Positions 47,936 to 61,718 of a stretch of DNA of 64,000 nt are shown here, in pieces (positions within the stretch are counted from its first letter, which is position 1; every line of letters begins with the position of its first letter). The DNA is taken from assembly GCA_030704615.1 (NCBI GenBank), contig CM060732.1:10974001-11038000 (forward strand). Direction: 5' to 3'. Below the pieces are notes generated by a model, which was given only the letters and a program-made list of their open reading frames with translations, made no database searches and was not told where the DNA came from. A program made the translations under genes and the position numbers. Origin of the DNA: Takakia lepidozioides. Lineage: Eukaryota; Plantae; Bryophyta.

Positions 47936-50469
47936 CTACAAGAAGGCGCGCATCCGAGGCCTGGGAAGTGACTGGCCACCATCAACAACAAAAACGTTGC
48001 CTGTACTGTATGCGCCGTAGTCACTAGCGAGGAGGATGACCAAAGCTTCCAAGTCTTGTGTGGGATTCATCCACCGCTGCAGAGGAACCACTTGACTGGC
48101 CTTCTCTAATTGTTCTAAATCCATTGATGCCCACAACTGGCTTTCCTTGGACAGCCCTCTTGCAATTGCCATTACAGATATCCCGTACTTTCCCAACTCC
48201 ATGGCCATTGTCTGCGCATATCCACTTCTTTGTAGCAGTTGCACAATGGGAATGAAGACTGTAAATCTGCTCTAAAGCTCATCAGACGCAACAAGAGACA
48301 TGTCGGACACCTGAAGCCCCGATAAGCAGAGAGAAACTGAAGCGGATTCCTTATGTGACTACCCAGTTTTCCTAGTCTCTCCCTCTTTGAAAACAGGTTC
48401 TTCATGCCACCACCCAGTTCAAACTTCAGGCACTGTTCCTATCCGTTGAGGCTTCAAAGGGACAAACAGTTCCCCTGTCGTTGATTATGTCAATATCATG
48501 TCATCTATTTGAACATCAGAAGTGGTAAATGAAATACTATGGATGATGCATTAATAGAAGAAACACAATTACTGACCAGAGTGAAAAGACAATGAACAAA
48601 AGGATTGATTTTCCGTAGCCATGTGACTACAAGAGAAAGGGTGGGATAGAGTGTTGTGGATGATTGAGCTGGCATTACACAAGGCATGGGTTTGATTCTA
48701 GCTTAACGTTCAATCTGAAGCAGATGGTACTGTGATTGCACTGAGAAAGGGAGAGATCCTGGCCCTGTCAGATCGACATTTATGGGCTTGCCAAGGTTGT
48801 CTAAATTGATTACTTCCCTGTTCTCTTGCAAAAAGAAGCAAAAACTATCACAACTGTGAGGAGATATCTATCTGACCTTGGTTAACTGATGCGTTGCAGC
48901 CATGGCAGCACCGTGAACAGAGACCCCTGGATAAAAACCCCTCTCAATGCCCGTGATGGAGGACACAAAGATTATTGAACCCCTTTTCCCTGCTTGCTTC
49001 ATTCGCTGGCCAACTGATTTAACTAGTAGCCATGGAGTCTTGAGATTCACCGTCATGATGTCGTCCCACTCCCGCTCATTCATTTCCAGAGGAGACTTGA
49101 GGGCACCTGCATGTAAAATCCTGAGATTGGAGAGAGAGAGAGAGAGAAGAGGATCTGAGTAATGCCAATTTCAGCCCGACATCCTTTACCCAAACCACAC
49201 TATCATGCAGAATCGGGAACATGAGGCCTTAAAATTCTAATCAAGGCTCCAATTAAAGCCACACCCAAGGAGGGATTATCTTCAATTCATGAGTGTGCAC
49301 TTTGTGAGGAAAAAAGATTCTTGAGGATGTCCTTTGTTTCTTCCATTTGACATCCTCCAGACAGCGACCTTCTCATGGTCATACTCTTGTGCTTGGTATG
49401 GTAGCAGACCATCAAATCAGGTTAGTTCCTTCACAGTTAGTAGAGTAATGCAATATTAGCAGGTGTGTATTCCAAAAGCTGCAGGTTACATTCTGGGGGC
49501 GAACTTAGGTGATACCTGGCACAGCAGCACAATTGAGAAGGACATCGATTGATCCAAAGGCCCGCCATGCTTGATCTACTGCAGCAACGATGCTGGCCTC
49601 CGCTGCTCTCATATTGAGCTCCACCTCTCTCACTATGTCTGCACTATCCTGGGCATAGTCCAGTGTTTTTTTCAAGTCGGTAGCAGTACTACTGTGGACA
49701 AGAAGGTAAGAGGGAGTCAGGGCGAGAGACATCATGCTGCAGGTCAACAATGTAATCCAATAGCCTTGTTCATGCATCGGAGGACATATGATGCTGAAGA
49801 ACATGCAATAGAAGTCAAAGAATAACCGCATTACCATGAATACTCGAGCAAATGTCCTTCACCTCTGATTTTTCCGAACGGAGAGCGCCCTTAACCCGAA
49901 CTTTAGAGAGAAATTCCAACTTGGAAAGACCCTTCAGTACGCTACTGACACCAGATTTTCCGAACAAGACAACTAACGAACCATGATTTGATTTTTACAG
50001 ATCTCCTCTACTACCTTGCAAACCTCTCCCTCAAACGTGCCTCCTTCCTTCTTTACATCTTCCTCGTGTCTAAGAAGTAACACTGGAACTTATCAGTTAA
50101 CTCTGCTGCCACTGCTTATCGAGGCAGACTCTTCTTCAATTGACAGACTTTGACAATTCAGCCAAACTGCACCACATCATCAGCCTTTCTCACCAACGTG
50201 GGTTGCATCGAAATAGAGCTCTGCAGAAGAGAACCTTTCCCCACCTTAGTTTGATCAGCACTCAACCGTGCAAGAGCTTTGATTCTATTCGAAACAGGCT
50301 GTGTTTGATTCAAATCACCGACGAGCACAAGCCTGCAACCATTCTTCGCGAGGCTCTCAGCCAACTCATATCCGATATCTTGGGCAGCGCTGGTCACCAT
50401 CACCACTTTGCCCTGCAAGCTCCGTTTTTCTTGTAATTTCCTCTTGGTGGCAGTATCATGATCACCCAT
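47936..50469 (-). CDS. Short-chain dehydrogenase/reductase (SDR), about 4 exons
   Basis: LQGKVVMVTSAAQDIG; FGSIDVLLNCA; EWDDIMTVNL..GSIIFVSS; AMELGKYGI..VPLQRW..TGNVFVVDGG. Exon 2 acceptor uncertain. Confidence 0.85.
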
Positions 50470-51703
50470 TTTTTCTGAAGTAGCTTGCAGCAGGCTCAAT
50501 CTGGGTGAAACCGACCGAAATAAAAGAGCAAGAGCGACTAAAACGGCATGAAGGACGAAGACAAGCAGATCAGCGAAAAGGGAAAACAACTACTAACACT
50601 CAGACCCTCACTCCCTCACTCGCTCGAGTAAAGTTCTGAACCAGATAAGGAGTTGTGGGTACCGAGACTGAGATGCCCTGGGTACCGCAAAACAGAAGGG
50701 TGTGACAATCTTCTCTCACTCTCACTACAGTGGGAAGGATGTCGACTGCCAGACGTCAAATCACGAAGCTCAGTCTCTAAGCAGCCCTTTGTCTGCGTCC
50801 ACGGAGCCATGGTGACGCCAGGCATCTGTCAGTTGGTTGCTTTTCCAAAGAAGAGAGAGTATGAGGAACCTCACACGGCAGTACGAGTAGAGCAGGAACG
50901 AACTGCAGATGATTTGTAAGGTCTCAACTTGTTCCTCACCAAAATCTTCTGAGAAGTGTTTGCAACAATGTGATTTTGGATTACACAGATGCACCAGACA
51001 AACAAACATGCCATCTGCTCATTGAGCCCCAGCTTGCCTACCTCCCCTTGAGAGGCACTAACCCAGTGCAAAGCCATGATATTTCCTGATGTTCACACAA
51101 GCACTTCTTCCCTCATGACGAGCAAACCCTTTGGATATCTGGCAGATCAACTCTGACATATAATTCCTGTGAAATGGCTAGCATATTCCAACTCAAACAA
51201 TTTTCGGATTTGTGGCCAGCACTGCAAGAACCTCTTCCAAATTTGGAGAAGGAACACTGCAAGGAAAGACAACAATGACAGTCCATTATGCTTATCTTCG
51301 AAAATTGTGTATAGATCTCAAACTTTACTTCCTCTCCCTCTAAAGAAACCAAGATTTGACCCTCTGGACTGCCCCTTTTTGTAGGATGTGGCCCTCGCTT
51401 AACAAGTGCCTATGGCACCAGTTACAGCTCAGGACAAGTAGCTCAGGACAAGTTGAAGTGCAGATATGCTGGAATCAGAAATAATCTTGTGCATGCAATA
51501 TGAATTGTCTTTCTTTCTCTCTTTGGGATCCTGTACTCTGCTGATCTCAAAAGGCAGGGAGGTCCTTTTGACCCTGGAAAAGGACCCGGAACAGGGGAAG
51601 GCTCTTGAAGGTGCAGCTTCAAGAAAACTCTAGAAACTCTGCTGGAAGCCCAATAGGGTTGACATATGCCAGATCTGTAAATTCACAATATTGTCTATCC
51701 ATC

Positions 51704-54700
51704 CTATTGGACCACTGTGGGTCTCTCAATGTCTTTCTGCTGGTCTCTCAATGTTTTCTCGGCGTCTTCTCCTAGTCTCTCAAAGGTTTCTCTCAGTCTC
51801 AATCTCTTTTGCAATTCCTCCGCGACACTCTCTCTGGCAACCTTCACTTGAACCTTGGTCGCAAGATCTCTCAAAATGACAACCCTGTTCTCCAAATCAT
51901 CTGGGCCGATGATTACCATCCACGGAATCCCTATTTCTCCAGATTTTGCAATCTGCACCAGAATCATACAAGGAGATATTAATTTCTCCATCCTCACTCA
52001 TTCTGCAGGACAAACCCATCCAAGTAAAACACGTAAACACCACGCAAGAGCCATCCACAAATCACAAATAACAAGATGGTATTTGAATCCATGGCACATT
52101 CAGACAACAGCAAGCTGGAATACATGTATTCACAAAGTGAAAAAAGTGGAGGAATCTTGAAATATATCCGCCCAGGTAAGCACATCCTTCATACCTGCTT
52201 TCCAATATTTCCAGATGAGACACAGGAAAATTCAGCTTTCAAATTGCTGCCCCACAGCTCTGCCGCAAGAGAGATAACCACATCCAACAAAGTGTCACCT
52301 AATCCCACCACTACCACCTCTGTTTGTGTTTCCCGAATTCCCTGCATCATCATACAAGGCCTACTTCATAAGATTTTCCATATAGAACCACACTAAAACT
52401 GGAGGTTATCAACCACAAGGAGCAAGAACAAATTAGCCGATTTGAGCATCACCTGCAGGGCCTAAGAATCTTACAGGGCATGATTATGCCCCACTGTCCA
52501 TCACTGAAGAGGGTTACATGCAGTGACTTAACAATCAATGAAATCCAGGACACCATAGGGGACACAGCTGAATATGCTATATATAGAGCTCTTCTAGTGG
52601 GCCCTAGATTTTTCCATATCCAGCGTCAGTGGACAATAACCTGTCTTGTTCCATTTTCCTGTTGCTGCTCCATGATGGCAAACACCCGCTCGATGCCTAG
52701 GCTCACTCCCACAGCAGGCACTGGTTGTTTGCTAAACATGCCAACCAAATTGTCATAGCGCCCTCCTGCTGCAATTGATCCAACCTGCAATCAAAACAGT
52801 TATGCTCAATGCAGTCAAAACAAATCCAAGATATACAGACAAAGCCAGCTCATTCGAGATTTGAAGTCCTCCACCAGCCAATGAGAAGGCTACACTCACT
52901 GTTCCCCCTCAAAAGGACACTGCACAAGAGACACAGAAGTGGTGGACACATACTGCTGGTTAGGTGTAAAGCCTTTGCATAGCAGTGTGGGTGAGACAAA
53001 GTAGTAAGGGGTGCTTACCTGTATTCCTTTCTTGTCTTTGCCAAGTTGGGAAGAAGTGCTAGTACTGCCCTTGAAAACTGCCTCGTAGATGACACCCGTG
53101 TAGTAGTCTAGACCCCTGGCCAAGCTCAAATCAAAGACAATACGGTGCAGACACCTGGCACTTTGAAGGTATCTGAACAGTATTGCCAGCTCTTGCAATG
53201 CTGAGGTAGATCCTTTGTGCGCCGCAAAAGGACTCCGCTCTTGAAGCTCATGCAAAACTTCCATTGGGTCTCCTTTCTTGTGTACCAACACACCTATCTT
53301 GTCTGCTGTTTCCTCCGCTAGCCCTTTCTCGTCCACCTAATCCACAAAGGATAAAAATCCCCAGTAAGGACACTACTTCCTCATGGGCCTCCTGGTTTCC
53401 GCCTCCCAGTGATCTCTTACTCATGCAAGGTTTCTCTGAACAAGCTCAATTTCTACATAGGCAGCACCCTCTCATCCAACTGAAGAGAAATTGGCACATC
53501 AAACCGTATAAGTCACAGTTTCCCGGAAAAAAAGCTCACCATCTCTTTCTTGACGTCCTTCCACTCAACCTTATCAAGCTTGTCAATGGCAGAGCAAATG
53601 CTTCGAAACTTGGTTGCAGGAACCCCGCAGAGATCGAGCATACCATCCAAGAGCCATCTATGGTTTAGCTTCACCTGCCAATCCACTGAGTGTGAACTTT
53701 GCATTCAAATACAAATGAAAAGTCGAAAAGTAGGGCCAGGAGTAACAGCTTCCTCCCTGCTGAACTCTTTCTCTCTTCCTCTCACAACACATCTCCAGGG
53801 TCAAACACTATTTTGATAATAAACCTGGTATTCGCCAATGTTGAGCTCATCCAGCAGCTCTGTCAACACCTTCAGCACCTCAAAGTCAGGAACCATGGAT
53901 TGGTACCCCCCCCCTGCGATATCAAAGTCGCACTGGTAAAACTCCCGGTACCGGCCCTTGGCAGGGTTGTCACGCCGGTAAACACGGGCAATGTGATATC
54001 GTTTCATCTTGTCGACTTTGTTCATTGCTAAGTAGCGGGCGAAGGGGACTGTTAAATCATACCGGAGTGACAAAATCTCACCCCCCTGAAAAAGTGAGGA
54101 TAGATGAGCCATCAGCGAGAATTATACAAGAGACATTGGAAGTAAAATTACATGGAGAAGAAACAGAGCACTGGGTGGTGCAAGTGACGGCAATGATCTT
54201 CCCCCTAATCCCCCTGCGCATGGTCAACTCATTTCAATATAATCGATGTGGGAACTACTCAAGGAGTAGATATACAAATACAATGGTGGGCTCCATCAAG
54301 CACTTCTGAAGATACCCATAAAACAGATGAGAAGGAAAGGAAAGAGAGAAAACGAAATGATACCTGGTCAGCAAGGTCATAAATGAGCTTTGAGTCCTCC
54401 CCATATTTACCCATGAGAGTTTCTCGTAGCTCAAACACTGGCGTATCAAGTGACACTGCCCCATGGCGCTTGAAAACTCCAGAAATGATACTAAATGCTT
54501 TCTCTCTAACCGCCATCTGCTTAGGGTCAAAATCGCGGGTGCCCTGCACAGGACATAGCCAAAGAAACAGGCTCAATCAAAACTAGCGCTTTCCAAACTG
54601 AGCCCGTGGAGCTGCATTGACTGTGCTGATAGAAAATGCTGATATAAAATCAGCTGACACAAAATGCTCTTCGCAATTAAGGGCACATTTTATAGAATGT

Positions 54701-56271
54701 GCCCATGAGTAGTTTCCTCTCTTAGGGCTGGCATTCTCTACACTTCGTATGGAGCAAGCATTGGATGGCACCTTGGCAATCTTGGGCAGCCTGCCAACTT
54801 CATTGCTCTCTACTATTGTCTTAATCTCCCCAACAAAAGCTTGGAGGGCCTCATCTCCTGCAAACCACGATTCCAACTTCCGGAGCCACAACTGTAGTGC
54901 AGGTGCATTGGCCAATCCCGGCAGCCCATCCGGAGGTTGGACATCGAGTAGGCGCAGTAACGACTGTCGTAATTTTGCAGTACCTTTTCCAAGCCCAAGC
55001 TCTTGAGCTCCTTTCCTCTTCTTGTCCCGCAATTTTGCAGCTGCATCCCTTAGAGAAAGTAGTCGTAGCGTGACAGCAGCCTCCCAGGCCAAGACGCTGC
55101 ACACACAGTGAAAGGCACCGTAGAAAGCTCTCGCAACGCGAACTCCGTAGTCACGACGTATAGCGAAGGTTGCATCTGTGAAAGTATTTTCCGGGTTTTG
55201 TCCAAGCCCTCTGTACAACGACAGCACGCTCTCGTCAGCCTCGCCAGCAAAATCTTTATTGAGGCTTTTAATCATATCGAGGCCATGGTCTGATCTTTGA
55301 AGGCTGCTTGAAACCAGTCGGCGGAAAGCAAGGGTCAGTGATATTATACTGTCATACAAGGAGAGGGAGAAAAATTGAGGGTCCTCAGCAGATCCACGGT
55401 TAATCTCAACCCGCAGCCTTGCGGCCGACACTTTCACTGCCTCCCTCAGTGACCCATTTACCAAAGGAATCGAAGAGATGAATGCCTCGGTCTCTCCCTT
55501 CTTGGCATTCGTCAGTTTAGACCCAACTAACAGTGACCGCAAGTCACTTGCGACATCAGCCTCGAATTTGTGCACACAAGTTTGGTTGTTGTACGCCTCC
55601 GCATCAAATGCCCTCGTGTTAGCTTCAAGGGCTTCGCAAGAGAGAGCAGCAACTGCATCCGCAAATGCGGAAAGTGGCGATGCTGTGTGGATCGACAAAG
55701 CAGAAATGCCCACGGCCGCAGCTTCCGTACGCATTACGGCTCGCAAATCTCCCGCTGTGAACCCAAAATCCCCTGCATTTGCTTCAATTAGCTTCTGTTT
55801 CAGTCTGCGTAGTGACTCCACCCCTGACAACCCATCTACATCCTCACTCGCCTGATCCATCTCCTTCTGGAGGTCGTAGATTCTTCCAACGACCGCGTTC
55901 GCGACCTGCCTTTCATCAGCATCCTCTAAGACACAGATTCTGGTAGGCAATCCTGAATTCAGAAACTCAGTCAACAAGACAGGAAGAAACTTTCGAATTG
56001 TACAATTGCCCTGCAGCTGCAGCAACTTGTTCAACAAAACTAAAACGATCGCCCGTCCCTGCGGCTCGTCCAGCCTCTCCCCTCCGATGGTGATGGACGG
56101 CTCAGTAACGAGGCACCCGTCCTTGGAACAGTTTCGGCCGAGCCTTTCCAGTGCGGGTGCGTCCAATTCTACCAATGCATGCTTGTAGGCCACATTGTAC
56201 ACATCCAGCGGAGAGAGGGCAACCCCCTTGCCCCCCACTATTATGCGGATCTTCCTCGTGGAAGCCTCCAT
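51704..56271 (-). CDS. Cytosolic histidyl-tRNA synthetase with plant N-terminal HAL-like extension, multi-exon
   Basis: [70 protein letters not shown], and an anticodon-binding C-terminus. Confidence 0.94.
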
Positions 56272-56628
56272 AACTTAGTGTGCGAGACAAGGGCCTCCAC
56301 GCAGCTCACAAAACCTTGGAGACTAACTTAGAGCAAGAGAGAGAGAGAATATTTAGGGTTTCAAGGCTGCCCGAAAGTCTTGACGAGCCAGTTAGCCTAA
56401 CCCTAACCCTAAATCTTGTGCGTCCGCCTTGGTCTCTCGTGCCTCACAGATTCGCAAGCTAAAAACGAGAAAAAGATGAGATTGAGCTGCTGTGCGCTCC
56501 AATGCACATACTTTGTCTCCTGCTGTGCCCTTCCCTGGTCTAATCGTGGATTCGTCGGCTGCTGTATTATTTGAATGACCATGGTGGGACAAGATCTAGA
56601 GTATTTGTAAAAGTTGTACAAAACCAAC
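56272..56628. promoter_or_regulatory. Compact bidirectional promoter with telo-box-like motifs
   Basis: About 360 bp separate divergent starts; contains TAGGGTTT (~56354) and (CCCTAA)-type repeats (~56396-56413). Confidence 0.5.
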
Positions 56629-59600
56629 ATGGGGGGCCCTAAGATGCAAGGGCGGGTGACAAAGTTCCTGAGGCTGCTGGCGCAGCGAGTGAGCAATGAC
56701 GAGGCATGGATGTCGTCGTCTCCTTTGCTTCTCTCCTCGAATTTAGAGGTTGCAATAGCGAAAGCTGTGGAAGAGCTGCCGGAGGGATCTCTGCGATCAA
56801 CTCTGCAAAGCGACTTGCCTTCATACGTGGGAATTCTGCTGGACGAGCTACGGGCGGCTAATCCTTCGCTATCAGCGCCAGCCAAAACTGGCGATGATGA
56901 CCAGACTTTGGTGACCTCAGAGAGGTCTCTGGAATCCCTCTTGAAGTTGGCACTAGGCCCTGTGTTAAGAGATGCAGACTATGCGTCCGCTGTGAAGGCA
57001 GCAGTGGTGGCAACCGACAGAGAAGCATGGCAGGTCAATGGTGTCTCTGGTTCTTCCAACCATCTGGTAAGTAGGTCAAAAATTTCCCCCCTTTCTGCTC
57101 TTCGCTCGAGACAGCTTGTCTGGAGTACCAAAACTTGTCGCCTTTGGACGGAATATTCATGGGCGTCTTTATCTGCTCGATTACGATGCAGGTGTAGGGA
57201 TAGCAATGTGGCTGACCCTCCTCATTGTAAGTTTTAACCTTTCACACTATGTCGAAGGCATGTGGGAGTTCTGCTTCGGGGTCAGTAGACCTTTGCAGTA
57301 GCAAACAAAAGTGCAGACTCCAATTAAGCTGTGAGAATACAAAAGGAGCAGTTTAAAAATTTCTGTGAACGAGCTGTGATGTGGTGAGCGATGTGTTTGG
57401 TCATTGTTTCATTCCTCACTGTCTTACAATCCTCATTGCAGGGAAGGGAATGGCGTGATGCTGTGGTTCGTCTCCTGCATGCGCGAAGCAACCCACCACT
57501 TTCGTTAATGTGGACCTTTGTAAGTATAGAGAAAGGACTTATAGCCAACGGAGTAGTGGGAGACAAGAAGAGGGGATTGGACTGGAGCTCTTCCAGGATA
57601 TCTGTGGCCCGCAGTCTGCTACTCTCTCTCATGAAGATGACTGCAGGATATATTAATGGACTCACAGCTATTGTGACCTTGGCTCCTGTCGTGTCCTTCA
57701 TTTTTGAGGCAGTTGTCTCAGCAAGTGAAGTGATTGGATTTCTCGAGGAATCAAAAAGAGGGGACTCAGGAGAAGGCATGGGCAAAAGTTGGAGAAAAGT
57801 GCTGCAGAAGTTGAAAGAGTTGGTGCGAGAGGTTTTGGGGTTCATGGTTCTCTGCCAACGGAGGGAAAAGAACTTTGGCGGTATCCCCTTCGGACCACCT
57901 TTGGTGAATTTAGCTAGTGAGAGCCTGCTTCCCCAGATATCTATATCTCCTTCTTTCCCAGTTGTGACAAAGGGAATGCAAAAGTTGCCATGGAGCGAGA
58001 GTGCTGACATTGCCCGCTTAGCAGATGTTGTGATAGCTGAAGTAGCTGTGTTGCAACTCATGATCGAGATGGTGGATTGGCGGAGCCGGTTGAAGAAACA
58101 GAATAAAGGTTTTGATGTGGGAAAGCATGAGCTTGAGGACAAGTTAAAGAATATGGTGGTTCATTCTGCGAGTGCGCTCTGTGAATCAGGTAAGTTGTTT
58201 TGAACATCTTACCAGAGTAGCAAGCTGAGCAGCCAGATTTGTGGCTCACCTAACAATCGGTGAAATTAAAGACACCAGGAAATGCGGCAGCAAGACCACT
58301 AATTTTTTATGCCCAGTAATAAAGGATTTCAAATGTTATGAAATGGAGCAGGTTAAGAAAGGCCAGTGTAAAAGTCAGCATTGCACCATTTTGGAACTCT
58401 TCTTACCATAGCATGTTCCTTTTACAGGCTTGTTTTTCCGCTTTTGTATCTGCCAGACTCTTCTAAGCAGTAGACTACTGTATTGAAATGATCCAATTTG
58501 TGTGGTTGGGGGCCAGATATGTTACTGGATTTGCTGCTTGACGCTCCTCTTCCGCTCCTCCATATTCTGGTAGGCTCTTAGCCCTCCCTCTGCATTGTAC
58601 ACCAGGTAGACATTTCAAATTAACCACCTTCTTCTGATCTTCATCCCGGGTCCGTTATGAAACAATCTAAGGGCTGTTGAACTTTTTTTCTCAATTAACA
58701 TACACCGCCTGCCATTTAAGAAGTGCCTCTCTGTAATCTTGGTGATTCTCATTGAAGGTGTTGTCTATTGCTTTTTATGGTCATGGCGGCAGGATGCTAA
58801 TGAGGAGGCGACACTGAGAGGGGTGCTTTTTGAGTCAGTACTGGTTGAGCCTCTAAATTTCGGGCTTTTGAAGAAGCACAGGAGTCGGGCAATTCTTGAA
58901 GGGGTACCAAGGGAGGATGGTGTTTGGCTTCTAAAGCGTCTTGCAGTTACCCGTCGAGCTGTTGCTTTTTTCCGGTAAGTATTTTGGAAGAATGGTCAAG
59001 AAAGGGCTCTCATCAGTGGATCAGTAACCAATGCCATAAGGCCTGAAGGCTGGATTTTTATGGTTGTAGCATGGTAAGGCCATGCTACACTCAAACAACA
59101 ATCTGGGCTTACAAAGCCTAGTCAGTGGACGGTCCAAAATGGGACCTGATTGTAGCTTTTGTGGTGTCGCAGCTCACAGAACGAGCGCAGTCGAGCTGGA
59201 ACAATCTCAGCAGGATTGCTGACATGGCATGGATTGCCGCAGCTGGGGAGGTGGCTGAGTGCCCGGAAGTCCATCAAGGAGCTGCCTTCCACAACAATCC
59301 TTCAAGATTCGGATGCCCTCATTGGTTAGTTGTCAGTACATCTCAAGCAGTGCATTACAGAAGATCATTCATGTTTACAAGTTGTATACGACTCAGAGGA
59401 GTCGACGGCAATTGCAAGGAGAGCTTTGCCTGAAAATTTCACCATGCATTTAGGTTTAAATATCCCAATTAGGGTGAAGCAGCAGAAGTTGCTTGCATGA
59501 AGGCAACCCAGAAAGTGGATCGGTCAGAGGAAGACACCTTTGGTTTTGAAATGACTGTGTTAATGGGCACTGTGTGGTTAGTGGTGCATGGCTGTTTTCT

Positions 59601-60223
59601 GAAAGAGTCTTTTGTGGACGATAGCTGTAGCCTGTATAATCTGCCCCAACAGTCAGTATACCAGTCAATATAGCTGGAAATTTTTCTTTGGAGTTGATAT
59701 TTTGGGAGTTGTTACAGGCTGGCTTGTGAATGCCAAGGATGACACATTCAGCGCCATTCTGAAAAAGGCTACAGCTATGTCAAAACCAAACCATGTAACA
59801 GGAAAACCTCCTGGCTTGGCTACGGAGGCGGAAGTGGATCCCGATGTGGACATTGAAGATATGTTCTTTGTCGATACCAAGGGAGTGGTCAAAGGGGTGG
59901 AGGGAGCAGAGGTTCCAGGTTTTGAAGATGCAGCAGATCGAGCTTTTACCTTGGCAGCTGACGGGATGCGGGGCATGGGCGCCAACATCTTGGGAACGGC
60001 GAAGAAAAGTGATATTTTCTTTCATACATTAGAGAGAGCTGACCTGAAGAGAAACAGGGAAGCGGCCATGGGTTCAGATTCTGAGGATTGGAGTTCAGAA
60101 AATGAGATCAAGGGAAAAATCAGTTCAAAGATGAAACGGATGAAACGAAAACAGGGAGACAGAGAGTCAATTCCAGGCTCACCAGTAGATGAAGAGATGC
60201 GGGTTGAGGACTTGTCGGAATGA
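56629..60223 (+). CDS. Uncharacterised multi-exon plant protein (helical; acidic/basic C-terminus with FFVD motif)
   Basis: Long ORFs at 56614-57237, 57391-58203, 58739-58978 and 59612-60223 bounded by GT/AG sites. Exact exon chain not resolved. Confidence 0.7.
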
Positions 60224-61718
60224 ATTTTTATCCTGCACAAACTATACCTCAGTCATACCTCACTTACAAGGTTTACAGGGACTGGTCAGATGAGTGCTTT
60301 TCTCTCAGGGCTAGCATTCCCCTACACTGTTGACTCAAGTAATTTGCTGAGGACCAGATCAAAGGTGAAACGGCGATCTCCGGCAGTCGTCCAACTTCAT
60401 TGCTCCCAGCAATGTCTCAATCTCACAACAAAGGTTGGAGGGCCTGGTCTCCAGCAAGCCACGCAGTGGCCCACGATTGACATTGGCAAATCCAAGCAGA
60501 TCATCTGGGGGTCATCTGGGGATCATCTGGGGATCATCTGGAGGTTGTCCTATTTTTGCTGTGTACCTTTTGATTGTGAGGCCATGGCCTGATGTTTCAA
60601 TGCTGCGTGAGACCAGCAGCAGGAAGTGAGGTCCAGTGATGCTGTACCATTATACGAGGAAGGGAGGAAAAACTGGAGATCCTCATTATCTGAAGGGTTC
60701 CTTCTCTCAGTAGATCCATGGCTGCTGGTTGAGAAACCAGCAGCCTTACAGCTATCTGCCTCAGTGATCTATTTACACAGGAAGTCAACAGATGAATTCC
60801 CCCTCAACCCCTCCCTTCTTGGCACTCACTGTGTAATAGTGACAGCAAGTCACTCGCCACATGAGCCTAAGATTTGTGCACACATGAGTTGGGTTGTATG
60901 CATCCACATCAGTTGGTTTCAAGTTTGAAGGGCCTCATGGGGGAGAGCAACAACTGCACCTGCAAATGTGGAAGTGTTGTAGATTGATAAAATTGCAGAT
61001 GCCGATGGATGCCACTCCCATTCTTCCATATCTCTTTCTGTGATTCCGAAGGTCTAGTCATTCGCGTAAGTTAGGAAATGCTGTATCATTGGTCATGCCG
61101 TGAAGTTGTGATGATACGATTTTAGTGAGTGTAAAGGCATGCAATCAAGGACCTCCAATGCACTGATGATGCAGAGGACAGTTCATGTAAAGACTGATCC
61201 TTTTCTGACTGTAGGCCTGGTCTGGCAGCTGTTGTCTCTCCTGCAACCAGAGTCTGTTTTGAACTAGCAGTTGACTCCCTTGATTGTTTTGGTAACCTAG
61301 TGTGAGGATCTTATTAGGCTATGTGCGGTTGTGATGTGGGGATATAATCTTCACAAACTCTTGGTTGCCGGTCAGCTTCCATCTGGTAAAGTTATTAGGT
61401 AGTAATAATTTCAGGTGGGGTGCTTGCATTGTGCATTCCCCAATTGCAGTACTACTATCCATTTTGGACTCTACTGAAGCAGTAAGGAGAGATGGAAAAC
61501 TTCAGGATAAGATTTCTAAGGACTCGTTGTCGTTAGCTGCAGAGCGGCGGTATTTCAACTACGAGGGTCACTTGGGCAAACAAGAAATAAAGAGTGTATC
61601 CTCATGCACTTGCTGTATGCGTCTTGGCGCTGACACATGAACTGAAGGTGTTCATCCTGCGACTAGTTCCACAAGATGGAGTCCACGGGATTACTCTTAC
61701 AGATTCTGAATTCAGTTC

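Noticed and set aside
54770-56271. Novel ammonia-lyase/HisRS fusion
   Set aside because: The HAL-like N-terminal extension is a known feature of plant cytosolic HisRS.
56396-56413. Interstitial telomere
   Set aside because: Only about three short units in a promoter; better read as telo-box-like motifs.
60500-60542. 11-bp tandem repeat (gatcatctggg, about four copies)
   Set aside because: An ordinary minisatellite with no further structure.
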